From: Dokdonella sp.
GTDB taxonomy: Bacteria; Pseudomonadota; Gammaproteobacteria; Xanthomonadales; Rhodanobacteraceae
Reading direction: 5' to 3'
Assembly: GCA_039930065.1 (NCBI GenBank)
Contig: JBDSPX010000110.1
Span: forward strand, 1-43,154
DNA: 43,154 bases
How positions within the stretch are numbered: the first letter of the stretch is position 1; each line of letters begins with the position of its first letter. Below, piece by piece: positions 1 to 8,386 of this stretch. Made by a program: the position numbers and the translations under genes. Below the pieces are notes generated by a model. It saw nothing but the letters and a program-made list of their open reading frames with translations, did no database searches and was not told the DNA's origin.

Positions 1-220
1 CAGCGTGATTGCTCCACACCGAGACACCGAGGAGGATCATCAGCATCCCGAAAAAAATCTGCGCAATCTGGCCCCAGAACAGCGGTCGCAATCCGCTGCG
101 CGCCTTGTCTGCGCGCGAATCACGAAAGAGCTGCAAGTTCAGCGCGTGCTGCTGCCCAAGGCGCCGATCAAGGGTCTGCCAGGCGGCTTTCATATCGTCA
201 AATTCCATCGTCGTATCCAT
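1..220 (-). CDS. Membrane protein, probable anti-sigma factor (partial; runs off the window edge)
   Basis: Not in the ORF track. Translated by hand from the ATG at 220: MDTTMEFDDMKAAWQTLDRRLGQQHALNLQLFRDSRADKARSGLRPLFWGQIAQIFFGMLMILLGVSVWSNHA, open to the edge with a hydrophobic TM segment. Starts 6 nt after the ECF sigma stop. Confidence 0.75.
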   Translation of the reverse strand, partial: MDTTMEFDDMKAAWQTLDRRLGQQHALNLQLFRDSRADKARSGLRPLFWGQIAQIFFGMLMILLGVSVWSNHA

Positions 221-226
221 GTCTGA

Positions 227-751
227 TTACCCGTTGAATGCAGTGTCGTTGCGGATGCGTTGCTTGAGGCGCGAGATGCGCGTCGCCACATTGGTTTCGC
301 TGAGGCCGAGGATCTCGGCGATCTCTCGATAGCTGCGTTCTTCGAGGACCAGCAGCAACAAGGCGCGATTGAGCGGATCGAGCTGGACCATGAATGCCTC
401 CAATGCACGCACGCGCTCGTCGGGCTCGGCGATGCCGACAACGACGGCGCCTTCGTGCGCAGATTCGTCAAGCGGCAAGGTATGTGTTTCGCGTCGCTCC
501 GCGTTGCGCAGATGCGAGATCGCAACATTCAGCGCGATTCGATACATCCAGGTCGAGAACGAGCGTGCTTCGTCGTAGTCCGGAAATGCCCGCCACAACT
601 GCGCACTGATTTCCTGAGCCAGATCAGCGCGATCGTCCGCCAGCCGCGCATAGGTATTGGCGACCTTGAAAACGATTTTGCGATGCTGTTCAAGCAGCTC
701 GCCAAATCGCTCGCGTCGTGTCTTCGCCGCCATGAATGCCATCGTTTGCAT
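227..751 (-). CDS. ECF-family RNA polymerase sigma factor
   Basis: Region 2 (DLAQEISAQLWRAF...SFSTWMYRIALN) and region 4 HTH (SYREIAEILGLSETNVATRISRLK). Start is uncertain among ATGs at 754, 751, 742 and 733. Confidence 0.93.
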   Translation of the reverse strand: MQTMAFMAAKTRRERFGELLEQHRKIVFKVANTYARLADDRADLAQEISAQLWRAFPDYDEARSFSTWMYRIALNVAISHLRNAERRETHTLPLDESAHEGAVVVGIAEPDERVRALEAFMVQLDPLNRALLLLVLEERSYREIAEILGLSETNVATRISRLKQRIRNDTAFNG

Positions 752-791
752 CATCCCCTTGCCTGCCTGATTGTGCCCGTGTGTCTGCATG

Positions 792-817
792 ATTCGCAGC
801 ACAGCGGAAAAAATCAC
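792..817 (-). promoter_or_regulatory. Putative autoregulatory ECF promoter, GTGAT-N16-CGAAT
   Basis: Minus strand reads GTGATtttttccgctgtgctgCGAAT about 40 nt upstream of the sigma gene. The bipartite spacing is typical of ECF promoters. Confidence 0.5.
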
Positions 818-823
818 GGTTGG

Positions 824-893
824 TCGGGATTCGGGTATCGGGTATCGGGTATCGGGTATCGGGTATCGGGTATCGAGAATCGAGAATCGGAAG
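824..893. repeat. Heptamer tandem repeat
   Basis: TCGGGAT, then six exact TCGGGTA copies (831-872), then TCGAGAA x2 and TCGGAAG. Confidence 0.95.
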
Positions 894-905
894 AATCGAG
901 GCTAT

Positions 906-978
906 TGTGGGAAGCGGCTTCAGCCGCGATGCTCCTGCCTCTGCAACCAGAGCATCGCGGCTGAAGTCGCTTCCTACA
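906..978. repeat. GTAG-type REP doublet (REPIN-like hairpin)
   Basis: Left arm TGTGGGAAGCGGCTTCAGCCGCGATGCTC (906-934) and the reverse complement of 950-978 (TGTAGGAAGCGACTTCAGCCGCGATGCTC) differ at 2 of 29 positions. GT(A/G)G ends and an internal palindrome are present. Confidence 0.9.
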
Positions 979-1005
979 TGATGTTTGGATTCTTCCGTCG
1001 AGTCG

Positions 1006-1026
1006 CGAAGGACGAAGGACGAAGGC
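1006..1026. repeat. Short heptamer tandem repeat
   Basis: CGAAGGA CGAAGGA CGAAGGC. Confidence 0.7.
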
Positions 1027-1032
1027 AAAAGA

Positions 1033-2043
1033 CTAACCGCGCTTGAGCAACTCGCGCAATTCGATCACCGCGGCATTCGCACGCGAGATGTAGTTCGCCA
1101 GAACCAGTGAGTGGTTGGCGAAGAATCCGAATGGCGAGCCATTGAGAACCATTGGGCTGCTCAAGGGCTTTTGTGCCTCCTCGATTTCGCGAATCACCTG
1201 TTCAAGGCTGATCATCGCGTTCTTGTCGCGCAGCACCGAACCGAAATCGACACGAACCGCTTCCAGTTGCTCGCGCAGCGCCCAGGTATAGCCGCGCGCC
1301 TCGTAGAAGTTGTCGTCGATCTGCGTCCATGGCGTCTTGACGATGCGCGAGCTGGCTGCGGGCGTCGATTGCTGCGCGTTCGGGTCGTTGGCAAGATCGG
1401 TATCGATACGCATCTGGCCGACGCTGGCCGAGAGGCGTTGCGACAATGAGCCCAGTCGCGTCGAAACCACCGAAAGGAAATCCACCAGGTTGTCGGCACG
1501 CGCGTAGAACTGCGCATCGTCCTGATTGTTGTCGGCCAGACGCGTCGCATAGCTGTCGATATATTCCATTGCCTTGCGATACTGACTTTCCGAACTCGGC
1601 AGCAGCCAGCGGTCATTCGGCGAACTGATCAACGGTTCGGCCTCCTTCAAATCCTTGTCTTCGACCGACTGGGTCTGCGAACGACTGAATTCGTTGCGCA
1701 AGGCACGGGTCAGGTCGCGCGAAGCGGTGACCACGCCGAATTCCCAATTCGGGATGTTGTCCATCAGAACGCCGGGTGGCAACTTGTCATTGCTGAGATA
1801 GCCGCCGCGCTTGTCGAGCATGACTTCGACACTGTGAATCAGTGCACTCGTCGTCGCCGAACCCACCACAACCGCTTGCTGCTTCGCCGTCGCACGCTGT
1901 TGGGTGACCTTGATCGGATCGAAATAATCCGGCTCGGCATCCCACCACCACATCAGGGCAAGGACGACCAGCACGAGCGCGAGGACGACAGCGAGCGCGC
2001 CTTGGAATTTCCAGGACGGGCGAGGCGGGGTGGACGTTTCCAT
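1033..2043 (-). CDS. DUF2333 family membrane-anchored periplasmic protein
   Basis: N-terminal TM; motifs GGYLSNDKLPPGVLMDNIPNWEFGV, FSRSQTQSVEDKDL, TPWTQIDDNFYEARG, LNGSPFGFFANHSL. AGGAG RBS upstream. Confidence 0.85.
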   Translation of the reverse strand: METSTPPRPSWKFQGALAVVLALVLVVLALMWWWDAEPDYFDPIKVTQQRATAKQQAVVVGSATTSALIHSVEVMLDKRGGYLSNDKLPPGVLMDNIPNWEFGVVTASRDLTRALRNEFSRSQTQSVEDKDLKEAEPLISSPNDRWLLPSSESQYRKAMEYIDSYATRLADNNQDDAQFYARADNLVDFLSVVSTRLGSLSQRLSASVGQMRIDTDLANDPNAQQSTPAASSRIVKTPWTQIDDNFYEARGYTWALREQLEAVRVDFGSVLRDKNAMISLEQVIREIEEAQKPLSSPMVLNGSPFGFFANHSLVLANYISRANAAVIELRELLKRG

Positions 2044-2269
2044 GGGAGGCTCCTGGCAAAACAGCCTGAATCCGATTCGCCGATGTCGTGCGGCGATCCA
2101 ACTCAGGGCAATCGGAAGACCATCTTCGCACGACGCAAATGAACCTTGCAGCGATCACGCCACAATGGAGAGCGTTTGGACCACAGCATTCGCTGGTTGC
2201 GCGGCGCATCTGCCAGCCCCTGTCGCGCCATCGAGTGATGCGGGTGGCAGCATCCGCGGTCACCATCGG

Positions 2270-3256
2270 TCAGCGTCTTGATTTAAGCGCATCGGCCAGC
2301 GCCGTACTTGGCAGATCCTCGCCGCCGCGGCTGCGCGAGAGGACGTGGACGCCGCCGCGAGCGCTGCCGGTGACTCGCTCAAGGATGCTGGAAAAACCGA
2401 ACGGCACGCCGTCGAGGGTGATTTCACCGCGTGCGAGAAAATAGCTGCTGGTAACGCCAAGACCGATCCGATCCTGCGGCTTGATATCAACACCTTGCTT
2501 GCTTACTTCGTCGAGTGCCAACTCGACGCTGGTCCAGCGCGCTTGTCCGTTCTGACGAATGCGTTCGGCGAGCACGGCGGTCATGCGTGAATCGAGGCTC
2601 ATCAGGACAGCCGCCGACGCCGTGTTCATATTGATAGAAGTGCCGACTGGCAACGCACAGACTTCCGGTGCGAGCCGCGCGTAGGCGTCGCCAGTGATGC
2701 CGCGCACCAGACGCAGCTCGGAGATGTGGGCAAAAACGCGGTTGGCCGTGCGGTAGGGAATCGGCTGGGCCAGATACGCATTGTCTTCGGCACCGCCCTC
2801 GGTATCGATACTGCCATCTCTGTCGAGCCAGTCGACGATCGCACCGCTCAGGGACGGATCGAGCTCAAGCGCAACCAGCAGGTTGCGCAGGCGCTTGCGC
2901 CAGACATCCGGTTGTTTCGAGACGAGATTATTGAGATTGAAGCAACCGTTCAGATCGCTCATGCGCGCGCTGATACGCCCGCCTGGAACCTCCTGCGGGG
3001 GTAGCGGCACGGCCCAGGAATCGCTGAAGGTATCGAGACCGGGATCGGCTGCGCTATCGCGTTGCAAGACCAGGGCCGCATACGCCTCCAAGCCTTCCGA
3101 GTAGGCGATGGCCTGTTCGCCGCGCAAGGCATTGCGGGTTCGTGCAAAGGCAAGCTCGCCGCGATCGAGCAGGGAGGCGATCAGGATGACTGCGAGAGCA
3201 ACCGCAAGCAGAGCGATCAAAAGAGCGACACCGCGTTGTCGGCGCGGACCGTTCAT
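2270..3256 (-). CDS. gspK: Type II secretion minor pseudopilin K
   Basis: RQRG|VALLIALL leader, FNLNNL, AIVDWLDRD, ISELRLVRG, ININTA-like motif. ATGA overlap with gspJ. Confidence 0.93.
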   Translation of the reverse strand: MNGPRRQRGVALLIALLAVALAVILIASLLDRGELAFARTRNALRGEQAIAYSEGLEAYAALVLQRDSAADPGLDTFSDSWAVPLPPQEVPGGRISARMSDLNGCFNLNNLVSKQPDVWRKRLRNLLVALELDPSLSGAIVDWLDRDGSIDTEGGAEDNAYLAQPIPYRTANRVFAHISELRLVRGITGDAYARLAPEVCALPVGTSINMNTASAAVLMSLDSRMTAVLAERIRQNGQARWTSVELALDEVSKQGVDIKPQDRIGLGVTSSYFLARGEITLDGVPFGFSSILERVTGSARGGVHVLSRSRGGEDLPSTALADALKSRR

Positions 3257-3960
3257 GGTCGAGCTCCATTCGGCACGATCGGCGGAAGTGGCTCGGAAGG
3301 AAGGATTGGCGATTCCGGCGATCCACTGGCACCGACACCTTGCAATGGAATCGTCGATGGCAATCCGACGACACGGCGCAGCTCGCCGAAATCATCGAGG
3401 CGCAATCGCACCTCGATCGCACGTGGCAAGGTTTCAGGTAAGCCATCACGCGGCGGCCATTGGTCGCGCCAGGATCCGTCGCTATCGAGATAGCGCAGGC
3501 GAAATTCCTCGACCTGGGCGAGCATGTCGCGCCATTCCGCCACGCTTCCTGCGGCTCGATCAAGCACGGCGTAGCGGCCACGGCGTAGCTGCTTGTTATC
3601 GAGGTCGTAGATGACGCGTTCAATATTGCTGCGCGGTTCGGCGCGTGGATTGGCGAAGCCAAGCCGACTCAGTTCGATGCGCTCCGAGGTGCCGAGCACG
3701 GCGGGAACCTGCTCGCCATAGTTGCCACGCAGCGGCCGCGAAATTGCCTGGCGCAGATCACGCTCAAGATCGCTCACTGTCCGCACCACGGCGGCGAATC
3801 GATCCTGCTCGCTCGCCAACGCGCTGCGCGCGCGTGCGATCTGGCTCAGCGCGCCCCAAGTGATCGCGGCCATCGCAGCGAAAATCACCAGGGAGACAAG
3901 AATCTCGATCAAGGTGAAGCCGCGCTGGTTTTTCCTTGCGGATTTCTTCAAGAACATCAT
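3253..3960 (-). CDS. gspJ: Type II secretion minor pseudopilin J
   Basis: QRG|FTLIEILVSL prepilin motif, LERDLRQ, WRDQWPP...LPRAIEV. Confidence 0.92.
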   Translation of the reverse strand: MMFLKKSARKNQRGFTLIEILVSLVIFAAMAAITWGALSQIARARSALASEQDRFAAVVRTVSDLERDLRQAISRPLRGNYGEQVPAVLGTSERIELSRLGFANPRAEPRSNIERVIYDLDNKQLRRGRYAVLDRAAGSVAEWRDMLAQVEEFRLRYLDSDGSWRDQWPPRDGLPETLPRAIEVRLRLDDFGELRRVVGLPSTIPLQGVGASGSPESPILPSEPLPPIVPNGARP

Positions 3961-4328
3961 GGCGAGGGCTGCAGGCTGCCAAAACCGGTGAGGGTCGTGC
4001 TCGGCTCAACAGAATCGCCGGCATAGACGAGGACATCCAGGCGGCGCATCTCGGGATCATCAGTCGCCTTCACTTCCAGTGTCCAGCGCCAGTCGCGATT
4101 GGCAAACCGAGTGCGGCCATCGCGCTTGCCGACGGCCGGCAGCGGCGTCGCGATGCGCGTTTCATCGAGAACATTGGCGGCCACCCAGCCGGCCAGAGTT
4201 CGTTCGCGCAGACTGTCGAAACTGCGCACCTGCATCCCCGCCGTGCGGGTCAGAGCGAGCAAGGCCAGCGAAACGACGACCAGCGCGATCAGCACTTCAA
4301 GCAGGGTAAATCCGCGCCGTCGACTCAT
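3957..4328 (-). CDS. gspI: Type II secretion minor pseudopilin I
   Basis: RRG|FTLLEVLIAL, LRERTLAGWVAAN; 123 aa; lies between H and J. Confidence 0.93.
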   Translation of the reverse strand: MSRRRGFTLLEVLIALVVVSLALLALTRTAGMQVRSFDSLRERTLAGWVAANVLDETRIATPLPAVGKRDGRTRFANRDWRWTLEVKATDDPEMRRLDVLVYAGDSVEPSTTLTGFGSLQPSP

Positions 4329-5065
4329 GGTCGCAACACCACACTGGCGACGTCGATTTCGCCGTCTGCCTTGCCACGCACCTCGTAGCTATTCGGCGCG
4401 TCACCGAGCTGCAGGCGCACCACGAAGGGCGACAGCTCTCCTGACGAGAAGCAGACGATCTGCGGTGATTCCGATTCATCGTCGGCGAGGCGCATCTCGC
4501 GGCCATCCCGATACAGGGAAACCTGCATCCCAGCCACCCAGGTTCGTGGGCGCAGCTCTTCCTTCTGCTCGCTGGCCATCCAGCCTTGGAAACCCAGCAT
4601 CGAAAAGGCATAGCCGTTGCGACTGACGCGCACTCCGATCTCGCGCCCGGTCAACTCGGCCTCGGTACAGGCATGCTCGATCAACGCCTGCAGGCGCTGC
4701 GATTCGCGCGTGAGTTGTCGATCGCCGCCGGCCGTCGCGATGCTGAGGGTGACAGCCAACGCGAGAACGCCAATGATGACGACGACGACCAAAATCTCGA
4801 TCAGAGTGAAACCAGCCGTTGCGGGAATTGGCCCTCGGCCGTATCCAAGCCGAGAAGCTCGCAGAGCTTGCTTCCGCTCCGCTTTGAAGGCGGGATTTGC
4901 CACCCGGCGATGAAGAAGCAGTCGTCGAATCAATGCGCGCTTGTCGCTCTTCTCAAAATACGACATAGGTATTTCTTGACGATGAAGCTCTAAAAACTTC
5001 CCCTGATCGATAGCTGCGATCGAATCACTCAGCTTGCGAATTCGCGAGAACCCAGGAGCGTTCAT
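4325..5065 (-). CDS. gspH: Type II secretion minor pseudopilin H (start uncertain)
   Basis: AG|FTLIEILVVVVIIG; FSSGELSPF near the C-terminus. In-frame start candidates include ATG 5065, ATG 4966 and GTG 4903. Confidence 0.85.
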   Translation of the reverse strand: MNAPGFSRIRKLSDSIAAIDQGKFLELHRQEIPMSYFEKSDKRALIRRLLLHRRVANPAFKAERKQALRASRLGYGRGPIPATAGFTLIEILVVVVIIGVLALAVTLSIATAGGDRQLTRESQRLQALIEHACTEAELTGREIGVRVSRNGYAFSMLGFQGWMASEQKEELRPRTWVAGMQVSLYRDGREMRLADDESESPQIVCFSSGELSPFVVRLQLGDAPNSYEVRGKADGEIDVASVVLRP

Positions 5066-5098
5066 CGATGCGCAGTCAGACCATCGCCGCGAAACGCA

Positions 5099-5536
5099 TC
5101 ACTCGCCCCAGTTGCCGATATCCGCATCATCGCCGTCCCCACCGGGTCGCCCATCGGCACCATAGCTGTAGATATCGACCTCGCCATGCTGACCGGGCTG
5201 CTGAAACTGGTATGGATGATCCCAGGGATCCTTTGGCACTCGATCAAGATAGGGGCCATGCCAGTTGGGCGCCTCGGGTTGACCCGACGGCTTCGCCGTC
5301 AACGCCTGCAAACCCTGCTCATTGCTCGGATAACGATGGTTGTCGAGCTTGTACATATTCAATGCAGTCGTCACGCCTTGCAGATCCTGCTTGACGCGGA
5401 CAATTCGCGCTTCGGCCGGGCGCTCCATCACACGCGGCACGACGATCGCGGCAAGAATGCCAAGAATAACGACGACGACGAGAATCTCGATAAGGGTGAA
5501 GCCGGTCGCGCGCGCGCGACCGGGATGACCAGTCAT
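5099..5536 (-). CDS. gspG: Type II secretion major pseudopilin G
   Basis: TG|FTLIEILVVVVILGILAAIVVP, YKLDNHRYPSNEQGLQAL, PKDPWDHPYQ, SYGADGRPGGDGDDADIGNW. An alternative ATG lies at 5680. Confidence 0.96.
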   Translation of the reverse strand: MTGHPGRARATGFTLIEILVVVVILGILAAIVVPRVMERPAEARIVRVKQDLQGVTTALNMYKLDNHRYPSNEQGLQALTAKPSGQPEAPNWHGPYLDRVPKDPWDHPYQFQQPGQHGEVDIYSYGADGRPGGDGDDADIGNWGE

Positions 5537-5728
5537 GCGGCTGTTGAAAACCGGGATTTGGAATTTGGGTTTCGGAAAGCCGCCATTCTCCTGCGCCGCT
5601 CGGACGAGGCAAACGGACTTCTTGAGTCCAACGGCAGATTTGCTTCTGGCTTCAGAGTTGTTTTTTATCGGGTCATTCATGGCAGCGACTTGTGCGGAGA
5701 GGGGCTGGCCGCCGATCATAGCAAAGCC

Positions 5729-7093
5729 ATGTCGAACTCCCCTGCCCCGCAAGAACTCTCACTGGCCGCGCGTGATCTCGCCGTGGTCTGGCATCCGTGT
5801 ACGCAAATGCACGATCACGAAACGATTCCGATGTTGGCGATCGAACGTGCGGAAGGCGCGTGGTTGACTGCGCAGGATGGCCGCCGCTACCTCGACGCGG
5901 TGAGTTCGTGGTGGACGAATATCTTTGGCCATCGTCATCCGCGCATCGTCGCCGGGCTCAAGGACCAGCTCGATCGGCTCGATCACATCATGCTTGCCGG
6001 CATGACCCACACACCCGCCGTGGCGTTGGCCGAGCAATTGGTTGAGGTTGCTCCGCCCGGACTCTCGCGCGTGTTCTATGCCGACAACGGATCAAGTGCG
6101 GTCGAAGTCGCGCTGAAGATGAGTTTCCACTACTGGCGCAATCGAAATCGGCCATCGCGAACACGCTTCATCGCGCTATCGGGCGGCTATCACGGCGAGA
6201 CCGTAGGCGCACTGTCGGTTACCGATGTGGCGTTGTATCGCGCAACTTATGCGCCGCTCCTGTTTGAGCCGATCCTCGCGCCGTCACCGGATGCCTACCT
6301 GCGTGAAGAGGGAGAATCTTCCGCGGAGTTTGCGCTGCGACGTCTCAAGGATATGCGCGGTTTGCTTGAAACGCATGCGCATGAGGTGGCGGCGATCATT
6401 GTCGAACCGCTGGTCCAATGCGCCGGCGGCATGCGCATGTATCACGCCGACTATCTGCATGGACTGCGCGCGTTGTGCGACGAGTTTGAGGTACATCTGA
6501 TCGCCGACGAGATAGCGGTCGGCTTTGGTCGCAGCGGAACCTTGTTCGCTTGCGAGCAAGCCAGGATCACTCCCGATTTCCTTTGCCTGTCGAAAGGGCT
6601 TACCGGCGGAACCATGGCGCTTTCCGCGGTGCTGACGAATGATCGGATACATGCCGCGTTCTATGCCGAGTACTCGGCTGGCAAGGCATTCCTGCACTCA
6701 CACAGCTACACCGGCAATGCACTCGCCTGTCGTGCTGCCCTGGAAACCCTTGCGATCTTTCGTGATGAACCGGTGCTGGAGCGCAATCGGAAACTCGCCG
6801 CTCATCTCGCATCGCGGCTTGCCATGCTGACTGATCATCCGAACGTTGCCGATATTCGTCAGACCGGCATGATCGCAGCCGTTGAATTGGTACGTGATCG
6901 GGCCAGTCGCGCTGAATTTCCAGCAGGCGAACGGCGTGGCCTGCGCGTCTACCTGCATGGGCTTGAGCGCGGCGTGATCCTGCGCCCGCTCGGCAATGTC
7001 GTGTATTTCATGCCGCCGTATTGCGTGACCGAAGCGGAGATTGATTTGATGGTCGCTGTGGCAATCGAGGGTATCAATCGCGCGGTCGCTTGA
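5729..7093 (+). CDS. bioA: Adenosylmethionine-8-amino-7-oxononanoate aminotransferase
   Basis: WHPCTQM, YLDAVSSWW, ADNGSSAVEVALKM, IADEIAVGFGRSG, CLSKGLTGG (PLP lysine), HSHSYTGN, LRPLGN. Start trimmed to ATG 5729. Confidence 0.96.
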   Translation: MSNSPAPQELSLAARDLAVVWHPCTQMHDHETIPMLAIERAEGAWLTAQDGRRYLDAVSSWWTNIFGHRHPRIVAGLKDQLDRLDHIMLAGMTHTPAVALAEQLVEVAPPGLSRVFYADNGSSAVEVALKMSFHYWRNRNRPSRTRFIALSGGYHGETVGALSVTDVALYRATYAPLLFEPILAPSPDAYLREEGESSAEFALRRLKDMRGLLETHAHEVAAIIVEPLVQCAGGMRMYHADYLHGLRALCDEFEVHLIADEIAVGFGRSGTLFACEQARITPDFLCLSKGLTGGTMALSAVLTNDRIHAAFYAEYSAGKAFLHSHSYTGNALACRAALETLAIFRDEPVLERNRKLAAHLASRLAMLTDHPNVADIRQTGMIAAVELVRDRASRAEFPAGERRGLRVYLHGLERGVILRPLGNVVYFMPPYCVTEAEIDLMVAVAIEGINRAVA

Positions 7094-7130
7094 AACCATC
7101 CCGATGCGAAACGCGATGTCGGGTGCGGGT

Positions 7131-7136
7131 TAGAAT
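7131..7136 (+). promoter_or_regulatory. -10 hexamer TAGAAT, 6 nt before the rsmE ATG (leaderless-type)
   Basis: TAGAATtcgatcATG; no clear Shine-Dalgarno. Confidence 0.55.
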
Positions 7137-7142
7137 TCGATC

Positions 7143-7877
7143 ATGCGTATTCCAAGAATCTGTGTCTTAGAGCCACTTGAAGTCGGAACCGAAATCCTGC
7201 TTCCGGCGCAAGCCGGGGAACATCTTGCGCGCGTATTGCGCCTCGAACAGGGTCATCCGATCATCTTGTTCAATGGCGATGGTCGTGAATTTCGCGCGGA
7301 AATCAGCCAACTTGGCAAACGCAGCGTCAGCGCACGCGTGCTGAAATTGGGCGAGATCGAGGACCGCGAAAGCCCATTGAAACTCACCCTCGCCCAAGGC
7401 GTGGCGCGCGGGGAGAAAATGGACCTGATCCTGCAAAAGGCGACCGAGCTTGGTATCAGTCGGATTGTTCCGCTGATCACCGAGCGTACCGAGGTAAAGC
7501 TCGATGCAGAGCGAACTGCGCGCCGGCTTGCACATTGGCAGGCGGTTGTTGCCAGCGCCTGCGAACAGTCTGGCCGCCTGTGTCTGCCAAAGATTGAAAT
7601 GCCGATCCGTTTGGGTGCGTGGGCGGCGGCACTCTCAGCCGGCGAAGGACTGCGGCTGGCGCTAAACCCGCATGGATCGGTCTCACCGCGGACGCTACCT
7701 GTGTTTGAATCGGCCCTACTCGTCGTTGGGCCCGAGGGTGGACTCTCTCAACTTGATCTGACCGCACTCGATCAGGCGAATTTCCTCGGCTTGCGCCTCG
7801 GCCCGCGAATTTTGCGCACTGAAACGGCAGGTCTTGCGGGTATTACTGCTCTGCAAGCCATCCACGGGGATTTGTGA
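7143..7877 (+). CDS. rsmE: 16S rRNA m3U1498 methyltransferase
   Basis: HLARVLRL, KMDLILQKATELG, ACEQSGR, VGPEGG, LGPRILRTETAG. Confidence 0.97.
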   Translation: MRIPRICVLEPLEVGTEILLPAQAGEHLARVLRLEQGHPIILFNGDGREFRAEISQLGKRSVSARVLKLGEIEDRESPLKLTLAQGVARGEKMDLILQKATELGISRIVPLITERTEVKLDAERTARRLAHWQAVVASACEQSGRLCLPKIEMPIRLGAWAAALSAGEGLRLALNPHGSVSPRTLPVFESALLVVGPEGGLSQLDLTALDQANFLGLRLGPRILRTETAGLAGITALQAIHGDL

Positions 7878-7908
7878 CGCTGACTGATCGAAGCCAAGCG
7901 CAACCTGC

Positions 7909-8379
7909 TCAGGCGGCGGCGGTCGCCTCGGCGATCAACTTCTCGATTGCCCCAAGATCCGGGATAACCGCATGATCATCGCGAACCAGCACTTCGAAAT
8001 GGACGCCCGGCCCCACCTCGGTATTGTCTCCGGTGGTCAGCAGCAGTTCCGAGGTAATTGTGGTCAATCGCGGGAAGCCCTGCGCCAACATGGCGAGAAA
8101 TGGAATCTTTGCGTTTCCGCTCAAGCCCTTTAGAACGGTGACCCGCGCATTGCGAGTATCTTCCTCTGCCGCATGACCGGCGAGCATCGGCAGCGAGAAC
8201 AACGGCAAGCGCCAGCCGCGCCAACTCAAGCGGCCGAGTAGCCACGCCGGGGCGCCTTCAATTTTTTCCGGTACGGTGTAGGTAATAACTTCGGCGACGG
8301 TGGCATTCGGTAGCAGAACGCGTCCTCCGGTTACCGGAATCATGACGCCACGAATTTCACGGGGGAGATCGGTCATCAT
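7909..8379 (-). CDS. chpC: CheW-like protein ChpC
   Basis: LLPNATVAEVI, PAWLLGRLSWRGWRLPL; last gene of the Pil-Chp operon. Confidence 0.88.
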   Translation of the reverse strand: MMTDLPREIRGVMIPVTGGRVLLPNATVAEVITYTVPEKIEGAPAWLLGRLSWRGWRLPLFSLPMLAGHAAEEDTRNARVTVLKGLSGNAKIPFLAMLAQGFPRLTTITSELLLTTGDNTEVGPGVHFEVLVRDDHAVIPDLGAIEKLIAEATAAA

Positions 8380-8386
8380 GAATTCC

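Noticed and set aside
824-1026. Possible CRISPR array
   Set aside because: Units are 7 nt and contiguous with no unique spacers; no cas genes.
690-1046. ORFs with YRVSGIG / IPDTRYP repeats
   Set aside because: They are translations of the heptamer repeat and REP, not plausible proteins.
1787-2266. 159-aa ORF between gspK and DUF2333 as a possible gspL remnant
   Set aside because: Arg/Cys-rich, no GspL features, and it overlaps DUF2333 out of frame.
5186-5728. 181-codon N-terminal extension of the bioA ORF (635 aa in the track)
   Set aside because: It is mostly the antisense shadow of gspG; BioA similarity starts near ATG 5729.
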